DNA of 64,000 nt from Turneriella sp. (GTDB lineage Bacteria; Spirochaetota; Leptospiria; Turneriellales; Turneriellaceae), in assembly GCA_965279515.1 (NCBI GenBank), contig CBDIID010000003.1:1664001-1728000 (forward strand). Reading direction: 5' to 3'. Both the position numbers and the translations under genes were made by a program. Below, one piece after another: positions 18,116 through 27,736 of the stretch (positions within the stretch are counted from its first letter, which is position 1; every line of letters starts with the position of its first letter). The notes under the pieces were generated by a model. It was not told the DNA's origin and ran no database searches. It saw only the letters and a program-made list of their open reading frames with translations.

Positions 18116-20806
18116 ATGAGTCCCGAACTCGAAAGCCTCGAAAAGAAGATCGCGGCACTGGAAGGCCAGGTTTTCAGCCTGCGCTCCGAACTCGAAAAAG
18201 CCAAAAGAGGAACTCCGCCGGTAGTCGCCACGAAAGCGGAAGCACAGCCAGTGACGGCAAAGCAGGCGGCCCCGCCGCAGACGACCCTAACTGCGACAGC
18301 CAGCCCTGCGCCCGCCGCGAGGCCAAAAGAGGCGCCGGCGGTTCAGCCGGCTGCAGCAACGGTCAACGACGCCGGCTTTTCATGGGAATGGCTGATCGGC
18401 GGCAATATCATCGGCAAGATCGGTATCGTCACGCTGATCGTCTCGACCGCGCTCTTCATGGTCTATGCGCTCGACCAGGGCTGGCTCAGCGAGTGGATAC
18501 GACTTCTGATGCTGCAGGCCGCATTCGGCGCGCTGAGCTACCTGAGTTATCGGCTCTATGTAAAGAACTACAAGGTGATTCCCGAGATTCTCGCGATCAC
18601 GGCGCTGGCCGCCAATATCATCGCCATCTATTCCGCGCATTTTGTGTACCGCTTTCTCGGGCGAACCGAGACGATGGCGATGATGGCTCTCCTCATGGCG
18701 ATTGCGCTCGCCTTCGCGCGGCGCATACAGTCCACCGCGCTAACGGTCATTTTATTTGCCGGATTTTTTGCCCTGCCCGTTATCCATTCGCGCGGCATCA
18801 ATGAACCGAAAGCTTATTTTACTTATCTTTTGGCAGTAAACCTGCTCTATTTTCTGCTGCAACAATTCAGGTCTTCGCCGCACACCCTCTGGGTTCTGGC
18901 GCTCGGCAATGCACTTAGCCTCTTTGGCTGGGCAGGTGCTTACCGGCAGTATGCGACAACGCCGCTGTTTTTCTGCGCGGTGACGCTGGTGATACTGCTG
19001 TATAACGCACATAAGTCATCATGGGGACAGGCAAGTCCCGGGGCCGGCGACGCCATGGATGGCGTCCGTTCGACGGCCGGGGGTTTCTTTCGCGCTGCGG
19101 CGGTGATTTTCGTCAATATCGTCTATGCCGGCATGGTATCCTCCGTACTTTCACTCAACAAAGACTTCTCCAAGGAAATCACCGCGCTTGCCTTGCTCTG
19201 CCAGGCTGCGATTAATTTTCTCGTCGTGCAGTTTCTTCCAGGTGAAAAGCGCAGCCTGTCGTCTGCGACGCTCATCGTCATTTTGTTCATGGCTTCGGGC
19301 GTCAGCGTGATTATGGATGGTCCGGCAGAACGCCTCGTACTGGCGGTGCTGCTGACCGCGGCGATGTTTGTTGCCGGCAAGTGGCCCGACCCGCTCGTCT
19401 ACTATGGCGCGGCGACGGTGAATCTCATCAACCTCGTCGCGCTCTTTGTCGGCCTCTCGCATTCAAGCGACCGCTGGTTCATCCTGAACTTCCAGGCCGG
19501 TGGATTCCTCTTCTATGCGGTGGCGGCTATTTATATGCGCGCGAAAACAATCTGGCCGCAACGTTTCAATTTCGGCATCGCACTCACGGGCGTGGCATTG
19601 GTGACATCGTTTATCGGCATTATCACCGAATTGCAGCGCGTCGTGACAACGAAAGACTCACGCCTTTTAATGATCACGCTCGTCTTTGCCGCCTATGCGC
19701 TGACATTGCTGTTCATCGGTTTCCGCTGGCAAAAGGTCTGGTTCCGCCAGGCGGGTCTCTTTTTTATGGGCCTGGCGATCGCAAAATTTTACTTCATCGA
19801 TATCTGGCAATGGGATAAATCAGTCCGCATTATTGCGGGCATCATTATGGGAGGTGGCCTCGTGCTCATCAGTTTCTATTACGAAAAATTCAGGAATAAA
19901 TTCAAAGAATTAGGAGTGATCCTTATTCTCGGTGGTTTTGTGCTGTCTTCAAGCCCTGTCGAAGCGGTGGAGAAATTCAAACCGAACCGCTTTAAGTTTG
20001 TCAAAGAGCTCTCGCTCAAAGGCGAACTCAATGGCAAAACTTTCGGCAGCGTGGTCGTCGACGCCGACATCTACAAGTCGGCTGGTGAAAACGACGTGCG
20101 CCTCGCCTACGACGGCAAGATTGTCCCCTATGCGCGGCAAATGAAAAAATCGGGCGACGATAAGAGAATGGAAAAAGAGATCACGGTCGCAGACCTCGTA
20201 ACGTCTGTCGATGGTGAAAACAACTCGATCTTTATCTTTGAGAACCGCGACAACATCCGCCTGAGCGGGCTCAAACTTAACTTTAAAGAAAAAGATTATA
20301 CCCGCGAAATTCTGGTCTACCACCGCTCCGGCAAATTTCAGCCCAATGTCCTCGCGAAATCGATCACTCTCACACGCAAGGCGGGCAAGCCCGAATTCCA
20401 CACGGTTGATTTTGCTCCGGTCTCGGGGGAGATCCAGCTGCAGATCCGCAATGAAGACGATGCGGCGTTGGCATTGACGCAGTTCGCCGCGGTTTCAGAC
20501 AAAGAGTTTATCATCTTCCGCGTTCCCGATAATTTTGCCGATTCTGATAAGAAGATCCAGCTCTACTACAGCGGCGAATATTCGCAAAAGCCCAAGTACG
20601 ATATCGCCGATTCGCTCGGCGAAGGTACGGCCTATGCCGAGTTCGCGCTCGAAGCAGAGAAACCAAACCCCCAGCACAAGCTGACGCTGTTTGACCCGCC
20701 CTACTCGATCTGGCTCTTCCGTACGGTGTTCTGGCTGCTGCTGGCACTCATTGCCTGGCGGATGTTCGCGATTTACAAGAGAGAAAAGACTTCGACAGCT
20801 ATTTGA
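18116..20806 (+). CDS. DUF2339-like multi-pass membrane protein fused to an extracytoplasmic beta-domain (DUF3999-like)
   Basis: Coiled coil, Pro/Ala linker, EWLIGGNIIGKIG, many TMs, IAKFYFIDIW....RI; then a soluble domain (DVRLAYDGKIVPY...PKYDI) and a C-terminal TM. Confidence 0.8.
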   Translation: MSPELESLEKKIAALEGQVFSLRSELEKAKRGTPPVVATKAEAQPVTAKQAAPPQTTLTATASPAPAARPKEAPAVQPAAATVNDAGFSWEWLIGGNIIGKIGIVTLIVSTALFMVYALDQGWLSEWIRLLMLQAAFGALSYLSYRLYVKNYKVIPEILAITALAANIIAIYSAHFVYRFLGRTETMAMMALLMAIALAFARRIQSTALTVILFAGFFALPVIHSRGINEPKAYFTYLLAVNLLYFLLQQFRSSPHTLWVLALGNALSLFGWAGAYRQYATTPLFFCAVTLVILLYNAHKSSWGQASPGAGDAMDGVRSTAGGFFRAAAVIFVNIVYAGMVSSVLSLNKDFSKEITALALLCQAAINFLVVQFLPGEKRSLSSATLIVILFMASGVSVIMDGPAERLVLAVLLTAAMFVAGKWPDPLVYYGAATVNLINLVALFVGLSHSSDRWFILNFQAGGFLFYAVAAIYMRAKTIWPQRFNFGIALTGVALVTSFIGIITELQRVVTTKDSRLLMITLVFAAYALTLLFIGFRWQKVWFRQAGLFFMGLAIAKFYFIDIWQWDKSVRIIAGIIMGGGLVLISFYYEKFRNKFKELGVILILGGFVLSSSPVEAVEKFKPNRFKFVKELSLKGELNGKTFGSVVVDADIYKSAGENDVRLAYDGKIVPYARQMKKSGDDKRMEKEITVADLVTSVDGENNSIFIFENRDNIRLSGLKLNFKEKDYTREILVYHRSGKFQPNVLAKSITLTRKAGKPEFHTVDFAPVSGEIQLQIRNEDDAALALTQFAAVSDKEFIIFRVPDNFADSDKKIQLYYSGEYSQKPKYDIADSLGEGTAYAEFALEAEKPNPQHKLTLFDPPYSIWLFRTVFWLLLALIAWRMFAIYKREKTSTAI
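19037..19083 (+). repeat. GGA-loop palindromic element lying in-frame within a CDS
   Basis: gacgcc-ATGGAT-ggcgtc (19049-19066) inside an outer ggccg/cggcc stem. Confidence 0.65.
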
Positions 20807-20822
20807 GCCGCGGCTTTTTTTT
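20805..20822 (+). terminator. Possible intrinsic terminator
   Basis: Short agccgcggct palindrome followed by a run of T after the DUF2339 gene. Confidence 0.4.
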
Positions 20823-20886
20823 GGCACTTTAGAAAATCTCTATCGTACATAGGGCATGGCTCTTGCGCTAAAAAGCAAGAGCCGCT

Positions 20887-22230
20887 ATGTGCCTACGAAT
20901 AATAAAACCGATCTCTTTTTTTGCCTGCGTGGCGCTTGCCCGCTGCCAAGGCTGGGGTAATTTCTGGGATGTCCCCGGCGAGACCGCGCCCAAAATAACC
21001 GCAGTCACTCCCCCGTCGGGCATAGTGGGCGACACCATAACTATCAGCGGCCAGCGTTTCGCCAGTCTCGCATCGGGAAATACTGTGAAGTTTTCGGGTA
21101 CACTGGCGACAGTCACCGCGGCTTCCGCGACAACACTGACAGTGCTCGTGCCACCAGGGGCACATTCGGGTTCCCTTACCGTTACGACAGCAGACGGCTC
21201 AGGCTCTGCTGATTTTGCCGTCCTCAAATACTTTGTCTATGTCACGACGAGTTTCAGCTCTGCAATTTCCGTTTTTTCGATCGATTTCAGCAGCGGAGCG
21301 CTGAGCGAAATAAGTGGTTCGCCCTTTGCGACGGCCGCAATTTCACAGGGCCTTGCGATTCACCCGTCGGGAAAATTCATATATGTGACACTCACTTCGA
21401 ACGTCGTCGTTGCTTACTCGGTAAATACTTCCGGCAGCCTGACCTCGCTCGGGGGATCGCTTCCCACGGGAACCGGCCCTGTTATCGCCGAGGTCGAACC
21501 GGCGGGAAAATTCCTTTATGTTGTGAATACAAATGCGGTGTCGAATAACATCAGTGGATATGCGATCGGCGCAAACGGCGCTCTGACAAGCCTGGGAAAC
21601 ACCCCTGCAACCGGAACAAATCCCAGCAGCATCACCATCGACAAAGCCGGCAATTTTCTCTACGTGCCCAACAACAATGCCGCAACGAGCACAATCTCCT
21701 GCTTTGCGATCAACAAAGCATCCGGTGCGCTCGGCAATTGCGGCACCTTTGCCGCCGGCACCAATCCCTGGGATGCGACGCTTTCGCCCTCGGGGAGATT
21801 CCTCTATGCCACGAACGCCGGCGGGAATAGTATTTCGGGATTTACCGTAGACAATGTCACCGGGGCCCTGACCGGCGGCCTGCCCGCTTCGCCTTACGCT
21901 ACAGGTACCAGCCCGCACGGAATTCGGGTACACCCTTCCGAAAAATTTCTCTACGCTGCAAACTTTAACGGCAGCTCTGTCTCTGCATTTAGTCTCGATA
22001 CAGCGAACGGGTCTTTAACCTTTGTGGGTAATTATTCAACTATTACCACTCCGGAATCACTGATGATCGAACCGCACGGTAAGTTTCTCTATGCAACCAA
22101 TAATGGTGGCAGCTGCAACCAGGTGAATGTCTATTCCATCAACCAGCAGACGGGTGCCCTGACCTCGCTGCCCACAGCCGTCACACAAAACAATCCCTAT
22201 GCGATTGCAATCATGGGCGTGCCGCAATAA
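20887..22230 (+). CDS. Lipoprotein with IPT/TIG domain and lactonase-type 7-bladed beta-propeller
   Basis: Lipobox-like ALARC; PKITAVTPPSG..GDTITISG; repeated P..I.I.PSGKFLY. Confidence 0.85.
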   Translation: MCLRIIKPISFFACVALARCQGWGNFWDVPGETAPKITAVTPPSGIVGDTITISGQRFASLASGNTVKFSGTLATVTAASATTLTVLVPPGAHSGSLTVTTADGSGSADFAVLKYFVYVTTSFSSAISVFSIDFSSGALSEISGSPFATAAISQGLAIHPSGKFIYVTLTSNVVVAYSVNTSGSLTSLGGSLPTGTGPVIAEVEPAGKFLYVVNTNAVSNNISGYAIGANGALTSLGNTPATGTNPSSITIDKAGNFLYVPNNNAATSTISCFAINKASGALGNCGTFAAGTNPWDATLSPSGRFLYATNAGGNSISGFTVDNVTGALTGGLPASPYATGTSPHGIRVHPSEKFLYAANFNGSSVSAFSLDTANGSLTFVGNYSTITTPESLMIEPHGKFLYATNNGGSCNQVNVYSINQQTGALTSLPTAVTQNNPYAIAIMGVPQ

Positions 22231-22280
22231 TGCCTGCCCGGCTTTCCGTTTTGTCGGCATTTTTTCCTTCGGAACTGCAA

Positions 22281-23651
22281 ATGAATTTCAGGCGGGCGAT
22301 CTGCTGTGTTATGGCCGGTTTAGTAGCCGGCAGTTGCATGGGACATCCCATCACGCAATTTCTGGATGCTGTCGACGGACAAAAGAACATATCCGTTCTG
22401 ATTACCCTGCAGGTATCCGGGCTTTTGGGTTCCGGGCTCGTCCTCAGATCGGCCGCTGAAATCTTACCCGTTACAACCAACGGCTCCATCAGTTTCAAAT
22501 CCCGCATCCGCGCCGGGCAAAGTTATGCCATAGCTGTCGATCGCTACCCGGTATCACCCAGCCAGTATTGTTCGGTTTCGATGGCCACAGGTACCGCCGG
22601 AAATGAAAATTTAACCCTCGCGGTCATTTGCACCGCGGGAACAGCGGCGGGTCCTTTAACAGGCGGAAACATTATCCGTCCGCTGAATCTTACGGGCAAT
22701 GCGGATCTATTGCTCGGACAGGTTTTTGCCGGCTCTCTGGGCGCCAGCGCTACCACCGATGGAACAGGAAACTCGGCGCGCTTTACGGACCCCATGCAAC
22801 TGACAACCGATGGTACCTACCTATATGTACTGGAACTGGGCGGCAATATCCGCCGTACCACCATTTCAACGCGTGAGGTGACCACGCTGGGTAATATCGG
22901 TGGCTCAGATAACATCACCACCGACGGCAGCTATCTCTATGCGACGAACTTCAGCGACTGCGGCATCCACAAGATGCGCCTCAGCGACCTGAGCGTATCG
23001 ACGCTTGCCGGGGGCACATTCACCTGCAACTTCGCCGATGCGTCGTCGGGGGCTGCGGCACTCTTCAACCATCCCGTGGGGATTACCAGCGATGGCAGTT
23101 ATCTCTACATCGCGGATTATCAAAACCACCGTATCCGCAAGGTTGACCCGAATAGCGGAGCTACCACAACCATTGCAGGTACCGGTGCCCCCGGCAATGG
23201 CAATGGTGCAGGGCTGAGCGCAACATTCAATATTCCCCACGGCATTATCTATTTCCAAAATAAGCTCTATATCACCGAGCTCAATAACTATGACATTCGT
23301 GTGCTCGATCTCTCCTCGGCGACGAATACTGTTACCACGTTAACCGGCGGTACATCGGGCAATGCCGATGGCGCTCCGGGAGTGGCACAGTTTATGAAGC
23401 TGCGCAATCTCGCCATCGACGGGGTATACCTGTATGCCACGGACGAAGATACACACAGTGTCCGCCGCATCGACCTCGTGTCGGGTTACGCTTCGACACT
23501 TTCGGGTTCGCCAACGCGCACGACGACTGCCATCGGCACAGGCGGCGCTTCAGGCACAGCAGCCTTTCTGGATATTACGGGAATTACTTCAGATGGTTCT
23601 TATCTTTATGTGACCGATACTTCGGATTTTATCGTGCGGCGTATCGAATAA
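22281..23651 (+). CDS. NHL-repeat beta-propeller lipoprotein
   Basis: Lipobox VAGSC; VSGL.GSGLVL Ig-like domain; repeated F..P.GITSDG.YLYIAD..NHRIRK. Confidence 0.85.
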   Translation: MNFRRAICCVMAGLVAGSCMGHPITQFLDAVDGQKNISVLITLQVSGLLGSGLVLRSAAEILPVTTNGSISFKSRIRAGQSYAIAVDRYPVSPSQYCSVSMATGTAGNENLTLAVICTAGTAAGPLTGGNIIRPLNLTGNADLLLGQVFAGSLGASATTDGTGNSARFTDPMQLTTDGTYLYVLELGGNIRRTTISTREVTTLGNIGGSDNITTDGSYLYATNFSDCGIHKMRLSDLSVSTLAGGTFTCNFADASSGAAALFNHPVGITSDGSYLYIADYQNHRIRKVDPNSGATTTIAGTGAPGNGNGAGLSATFNIPHGIIYFQNKLYITELNNYDIRVLDLSSATNTVTTLTGGTSGNADGAPGVAQFMKLRNLAIDGVYLYATDEDTHSVRRIDLVSGYASTLSGSPTRTTTAIGTGGASGTAAFLDITGITSDGSYLYVTDTSDFIVRRIE

Positions 23652-23664
23652 GCGGGCACAAAAA

Positions 23665-23931
23665 CTAGTCTTCAGCCATCGGTTCTTCGGGGGTCGATGG
23701 CCGCTCCATGCGCTGCATCAGCGCCTCGGGACGCATCGCCGACATAAAGATAAAATCGCTGTCGGTCAGGACCATCGAACGCAGCTTGCGCCCCATCGTA
23801 CAATCGATCAGGTTATTACTTTCGCGGCCCATATCGCGCAGCCGCTTCGCCACCGCCGTCTCGGGTGAGATGATCGCTACGATCTTATCGATCGAAACGC
23901 TGTTGGAAAAACCGACGTGCAAAAGCTTCAT
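23665..23931 (-). CDS. remA: RemA/DUF370-family regulator
   Basis: LLHVGFSNSV..DKIVAIISP..A..KRL...LIDCT.GRK.RS; located downstream of yicC. Confidence 0.88.
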   Translation of the reverse strand: MKLLHVGFSNSVSIDKIVAIISPETAVAKRLRDMGRESNNLIDCTMGRKLRSMVLTDSDFIFMSAMRPEALMQRMERPSTPEEPMAED

Positions 23932-24845
23932 TCTAAATTCCTCACCTGTTCGCGCAGCTTTTCAATCTCGGTTTTCATGATAACAGTGAGTGTATTGATC
24001 TCGGCGTCCTGGGCCTTGGCGCCAATCGTGTTTGTCTCGCGCTGCAGTTCCTGCAGAAAAAACTCGAGTTCGCGGCCCGCGCTCTGGTTCTTACGGAAAA
24101 TCTCAAGCATGCGCGTCAGGTGCATGCCCATACGGCTGATCTCTTCGCTGGCGTCATTATGCACCGAGCGCAGAATTTCATCCTTCTTTTCGTTCCAGAT
24201 CAGTTTCGCCACCTTCATGGTATTCGACCCGGCGAGTCTTCCCTTGCCGGTCTGGCCTTCGAGCGCCTGCGCGCCGAAAAAATCCTCGAGAATCCGGTGG
24301 CGCACACCGCTCAGCTTCTTGCGGTGCGAGTGTGTGTGCAATACGCCGATCTGGCGCTGCACCCTTTTCAGGTAACGCAGGTGCGTGAGGCAGGCGCGTG
24401 TGGTGCGCTTGCCTTCTGCCGCACGGCCACGCTGCATCTTGATCAGGGCGCGCAACAGGTGAAAATCAAATTTGCCTTGGTAACCGCGCCAGTTTTTTAC
24501 GCGGCGCTCGACAAAACCCGGCATGTTCAGGAATTCGCGGGGGTCGAGCGAGTATTTTTTTTTGCCCAGGCGCTGCGACAGAAAACGTTCGTATTGAGAA
24601 ATGATTTCGGTGTTAAAGACAACGTCGACTGGCAGCGACGCCGCCGGATGAAATGCGACTTCGATGCGTCCCCGCTGAAAACGTTTACGGATGATTTCTT
24701 CGCTGTGGAAACGAAACCACGAAAGTTCTTCGGGAAAATTCAGTTCGACATCGAGAAAGCGGCTATTGAGGCTGCGCGCTGAGCAGACGATTTGCACACC
24801 TTCGGCGCTGAAATGGCTTTCGCCATAACCCGTCATGCTCTCCAT
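23928..24845 (-). CDS. yicC: YicC/YloC-family endoribonuclease
   Basis: SMTGYG, RSLNSRFLD, GRELEFFLQELQRETNTIGAK and KTEIEKLREQVRNLE motifs. Confidence 0.93.
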   Translation of the reverse strand: MESMTGYGESHFSAEGVQIVCSARSLNSRFLDVELNFPEELSWFRFHSEEIIRKRFQRGRIEVAFHPAASLPVDVVFNTEIISQYERFLSQRLGKKKYSLDPREFLNMPGFVERRVKNWRGYQGKFDFHLLRALIKMQRGRAAEGKRTTRACLTHLRYLKRVQRQIGVLHTHSHRKKLSGVRHRILEDFFGAQALEGQTGKGRLAGSNTMKVAKLIWNEKKDEILRSVHNDASEEISRMGMHLTRMLEIFRKNQSAGRELEFFLQELQRETNTIGAKAQDAEINTLTVIMKTEIEKLREQVRNLE

Positions 24846-24851
24846 GGAGCA

Positions 24852-25022
24852 TCAAGCCTTAATATCTACACCTTTCTCGGTATCGATATGTTGTTTTTCT
24901 TCACGCGGTGCGAGGCCGTTTTGCCCACGAATCGTCAGGTACAGAAGAGCCTTCAGGTCCTCCGAGGAGATGACAGTGGGCTGCGCGGCCGTCGCGGCGC
25001 TGATTTCTTGTATCCCTTGCAT
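24852..25022 (-). CDS. 56-aa small protein upstream of yicC
   Basis: GGGAG RBS before MQGIQEISAA...; ends VDIKA, with its stop 6 bp before yicC. Confidence 0.6.
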   Translation of the reverse strand: MQGIQEISAATAAQPTVISSEDLKALLYLTIRGQNGLAPREEKQHIDTEKGVDIKA

Positions 25023-25113
25023 AGACTCCCTCACTTTCAGAGTGTCGGTCAGGGTAACTCAAGGCTTGAGAAAAAAAGCTCACTTTTTTCACAAACCGGC
25101 CGAAATATGTCAC

Positions 25114-25866
25114 ATGAGGCTTAATACGTTCATCGCAGCAATATTCATGGTGGGATTCACCCCCGTCCTGATGGCCGGCCCCGAGGTCTATGATCCGCTC
25201 GAGGCATATAAGAGGCAAAACAACCTGGGCTCGCGGCCTGTTTCCGAAACTGTCACGCAGGGCACGGTCAACGAAACCGCGAAATTCAAATACGAAGCGG
25301 GGCTTCTGGTTCGCGCTGATTATTTTGGACACAAAAACGTACCGGCAGGTTACAGCCTCTACGCCTATGAAAAGGGCGTACTCATGCATGAGCAACTTTT
25401 CGATGCAGCTGGCAGTCTGGCCGAAGATATCCGCTACCAATATAAGAAAGACAAACTCGAAAAATCCCTGATCAACGATATTCGCGGCAATGCCCGCATT
25501 GAATGGCAATACCTGTACGACAAAGAAGGCAATCTGGTCGGCGGTAAAAGAATCATCGACAAAAAGGGCACAGAATCCTTTAAAATGGTAAGATCCCCGT
25601 CGGGGGTTGCGCAGCACATCTATAACGCCAAGGGCGAACTGACCTCAAAGGTCGAATCGGTTTTTGAAAATGGCCTGCTGCGCTATCGCATGAAGTCGGG
25701 CCTGACCGGCGCTAAATATGCCGAATACAGATACAACGATAAAAAACAACTTATTGAAATCCTTTACCATGAAACCATACGCGGCGAAAAAACCTTTGTT
25801 AAGAAGCACCACTTCGATTATTCGCTGAACGCAGAGCCGCAAAAAACAGCGGCTCTCACTCCTTAG
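25114..25866 (+). CDS. Exported hypothetical protein with beta-hairpin (YD/MORN-like) repeats
   Basis: Signal peptide MRLNTFIAAIF; recurrent Y.YD..G.L pattern. Confidence 0.65.
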   Translation: MRLNTFIAAIFMVGFTPVLMAGPEVYDPLEAYKRQNNLGSRPVSETVTQGTVNETAKFKYEAGLLVRADYFGHKNVPAGYSLYAYEKGVLMHEQLFDAAGSLAEDIRYQYKKDKLEKSLINDIRGNARIEWQYLYDKEGNLVGGKRIIDKKGTESFKMVRSPSGVAQHIYNAKGELTSKVESVFENGLLRYRMKSGLTGAKYAEYRYNDKKQLIEILYHETIRGEKTFVKKHHFDYSLNAEPQKTAALTP

Positions 25867-26906
25867 CCGTGCATTAACCGGGCCTTCAGGCCCTCTTTTA
25901 AAAGTATTTCATTTTCCAAAACTTCGAATTCAATCTTCAGGTAATAAAACTGCCTGAAGACTTTCAGGGCATCCATATGCTTCCTGAGCCGCACATAATC
26001 TTTTTCCGTGGTGACGATGAGGTCATAAGGGCGAACCCGGTTTAAGATCATTTGGATATCCCGCTCTGAAAAATCGTGGTGATCGCGGAAGCTGATCTGC
26101 TCCACTTTTTCGGCTCCGGAACGGCGCAGCATCTCTTCGAAGGCGCGGCTGTTGGCGATCGCCGACAATGCCCAGACGGTTTCATGCCTGAGCACCCCCG
26201 TATTTTCTATTTTGCCGGGATGCTGCGGCGTATATTCGTGCGGAATTTTGACTAAACCCTTCGCCGCATGCCGGCTGATAAAGATGTGCGACAGGCCGGA
26301 AATTTTCTTAATCTGCTCGCGCAATTCTTCGAGCACCGAAAGCTCAACCAGATCGGTTTTGGTCAGAACGATCGCCGAAGCGCGCGCGAGATTTTCGACA
26401 GGTTCGCGCAAAATACCCTGCGGTAAAAGTTTGCCGCTGCCAAAGGGGTTCGTGGCATCGATAAGTACGACATCCGCGTCACGGGCAATGCGGTAGTGCT
26501 GAAAGCCATCGTCTAAAAGAAAGAGGCTGGTGCCCGATTGCTCCATGAGTTTTTGCGCATTCTTGAGCCGGTTGCGCCCGACGGCGATCTTAACGCCCGG
26601 CAGATTGACTGCCATGAGATAGGGTTCATCCCCGGAATCGTCGCTGTCCATCAGCAGGCGAAAACCGTCGGAGAGCAGGTTCGTTTCATGCGAGAGCTTG
26701 CCGCCATAGCCACGCGACAGTACCGCCTGGTTCGGATATTCGGCCCTGAGCAGTTTCGAGAAATAAATCGTCGCCGGAGTTTTGCCGGTACCGCCGGTTG
26801 TAATGTTGCCAATCGAGATGATTTTGGTGCCCGGTATGCGCACCGGTTTGGTTATACGGCGGTGTATACGATTACCGAACGAATAAAGCTTTTCGAGGGG
26901 ATTCAC
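25863..26906 (-). CDS. lpxK: Tetraacyldisaccharide 4'-kinase
   Basis: ISIGNITTGGTGKTP, LSRGYG, GDEP, LDDGFQH, DHHDF and TTEKD motifs; likely GTG start at 26906. Confidence 0.95.
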   Translation of the reverse strand: MNPLEKLYSFGNRIHRRITKPVRIPGTKIISIGNITTGGTGKTPATIYFSKLLRAEYPNQAVLSRGYGGKLSHETNLLSDGFRLLMDSDDSGDEPYLMAVNLPGVKIAVGRNRLKNAQKLMEQSGTSLFLLDDGFQHYRIARDADVVLIDATNPFGSGKLLPQGILREPVENLARASAIVLTKTDLVELSVLEELREQIKKISGLSHIFISRHAAKGLVKIPHEYTPQHPGKIENTGVLRHETVWALSAIANSRAFEEMLRRSGAEKVEQISFRDHHDFSERDIQMILNRVRPYDLIVTTEKDYVRLRKHMDALKVFRQFYYLKIEFEVLENEILLKEGLKARLMHG

Positions 26907-26923
26907 AGGTACTGTAACACCTC

Positions 26924-27736
26924 GTGTTTTTGCGGAGACGGCGTCGAGCGGTTCTAAGTCTTCTGCTGTGCTGCAGTTATGCGGCCGTCGCAGCCCCCCC
27001 GGGTAAACGCGTAAAGCCGGGGAGCATCCCCGATGAAACCCCCTTGCCACCGGCTGCCGCGCCGGGCAAGGCCGAAGAATTCTGGTATGGCCTGAAGCCC
27101 GACGGCGTGACTGCATTCCGCCTGGTGTCAGATTTTAACCTGAAACAACTCGCACCCGACCGCAATTATCTGCACCAGGTGACCGCACGCGTGACGCCGG
27201 TGCATCCGCTGACCGATAAGAAGACCGACCTGAAGCCCCTGTTCGATACCGATATGGAGCTCGTACGGCAGACGCTGCGCATCGAAAAAAAGCCCGAACT
27301 TGCGCCCTCGGGAAAATCCGTTGAGTACCGCTGGAATGTCGAGCGCCCGGGAAAAGACGTGCTCTATATCAAACCCCGCAAGGAAATCTTCCTGCCCGAC
27401 CGCAACCGCATCTTTTCCTTTTATGTCCGAGGTGCCGGGCATGCGCACCAGATCTTCGCCGTGTTCCGCGGCCCGAACAAGGTTCAGCAGGAAATTTTTG
27501 TCTGCTCGCTCGACTACCAGGGCTGGAAGCGCTTCGAGGTAGTCATTCCGCCTTACCTGAGGCTGCGCAATCCCTTGAAGTATAACAGGTTCGAACTCTA
27601 TTTCCTGGGGCTCAAGGTGCAAAGTTATTTCCGTGACCAGCCGGGCACGTCGGTGTTTAACCTGGCGGAGATGTTTATCCTCGCGGATACTTCGGATAAA
27701 AAAATCCCGGGCTCGGATATGCCGTCGGAATTTTAA
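26924..27736 (+). CDS. flaA: Flagellar filament outer layer (sheath) protein, FlaA-like
   Basis: Signal peptide; FSFYVRG...VCSLDYQGWKRFEVVIP matches the FlaA-family motif. Confidence 0.65.
   Translation: MFLRRRRRAVLSLLLCCSYAAVAAPPGKRVKPGSIPDETPLPPAAAPGKAEEFWYGLKPDGVTAFRLVSDFNLKQLAPDRNYLHQVTARVTPVHPLTDKKTDLKPLFDTDMELVRQTLRIEKKPELAPSGKSVEYRWNVERPGKDVLYIKPRKEIFLPDRNRIFSFYVRGAGHAHQIFAVFRGPNKVQQEIFVCSLDYQGWKRFEVVIPPYLRLRNPLKYNRFELYFLGLKVQSYFRDQPGTSVFNLAEMFILADTSDKKIPGSDMPSEF

Noticed and set aside
17989..18804. 271-aa alternative-frame ORF
   Set aside because: It overlaps the DUF2339 gene on the same strand and has the Arg/Gly-rich composition typical of off-frame translation.
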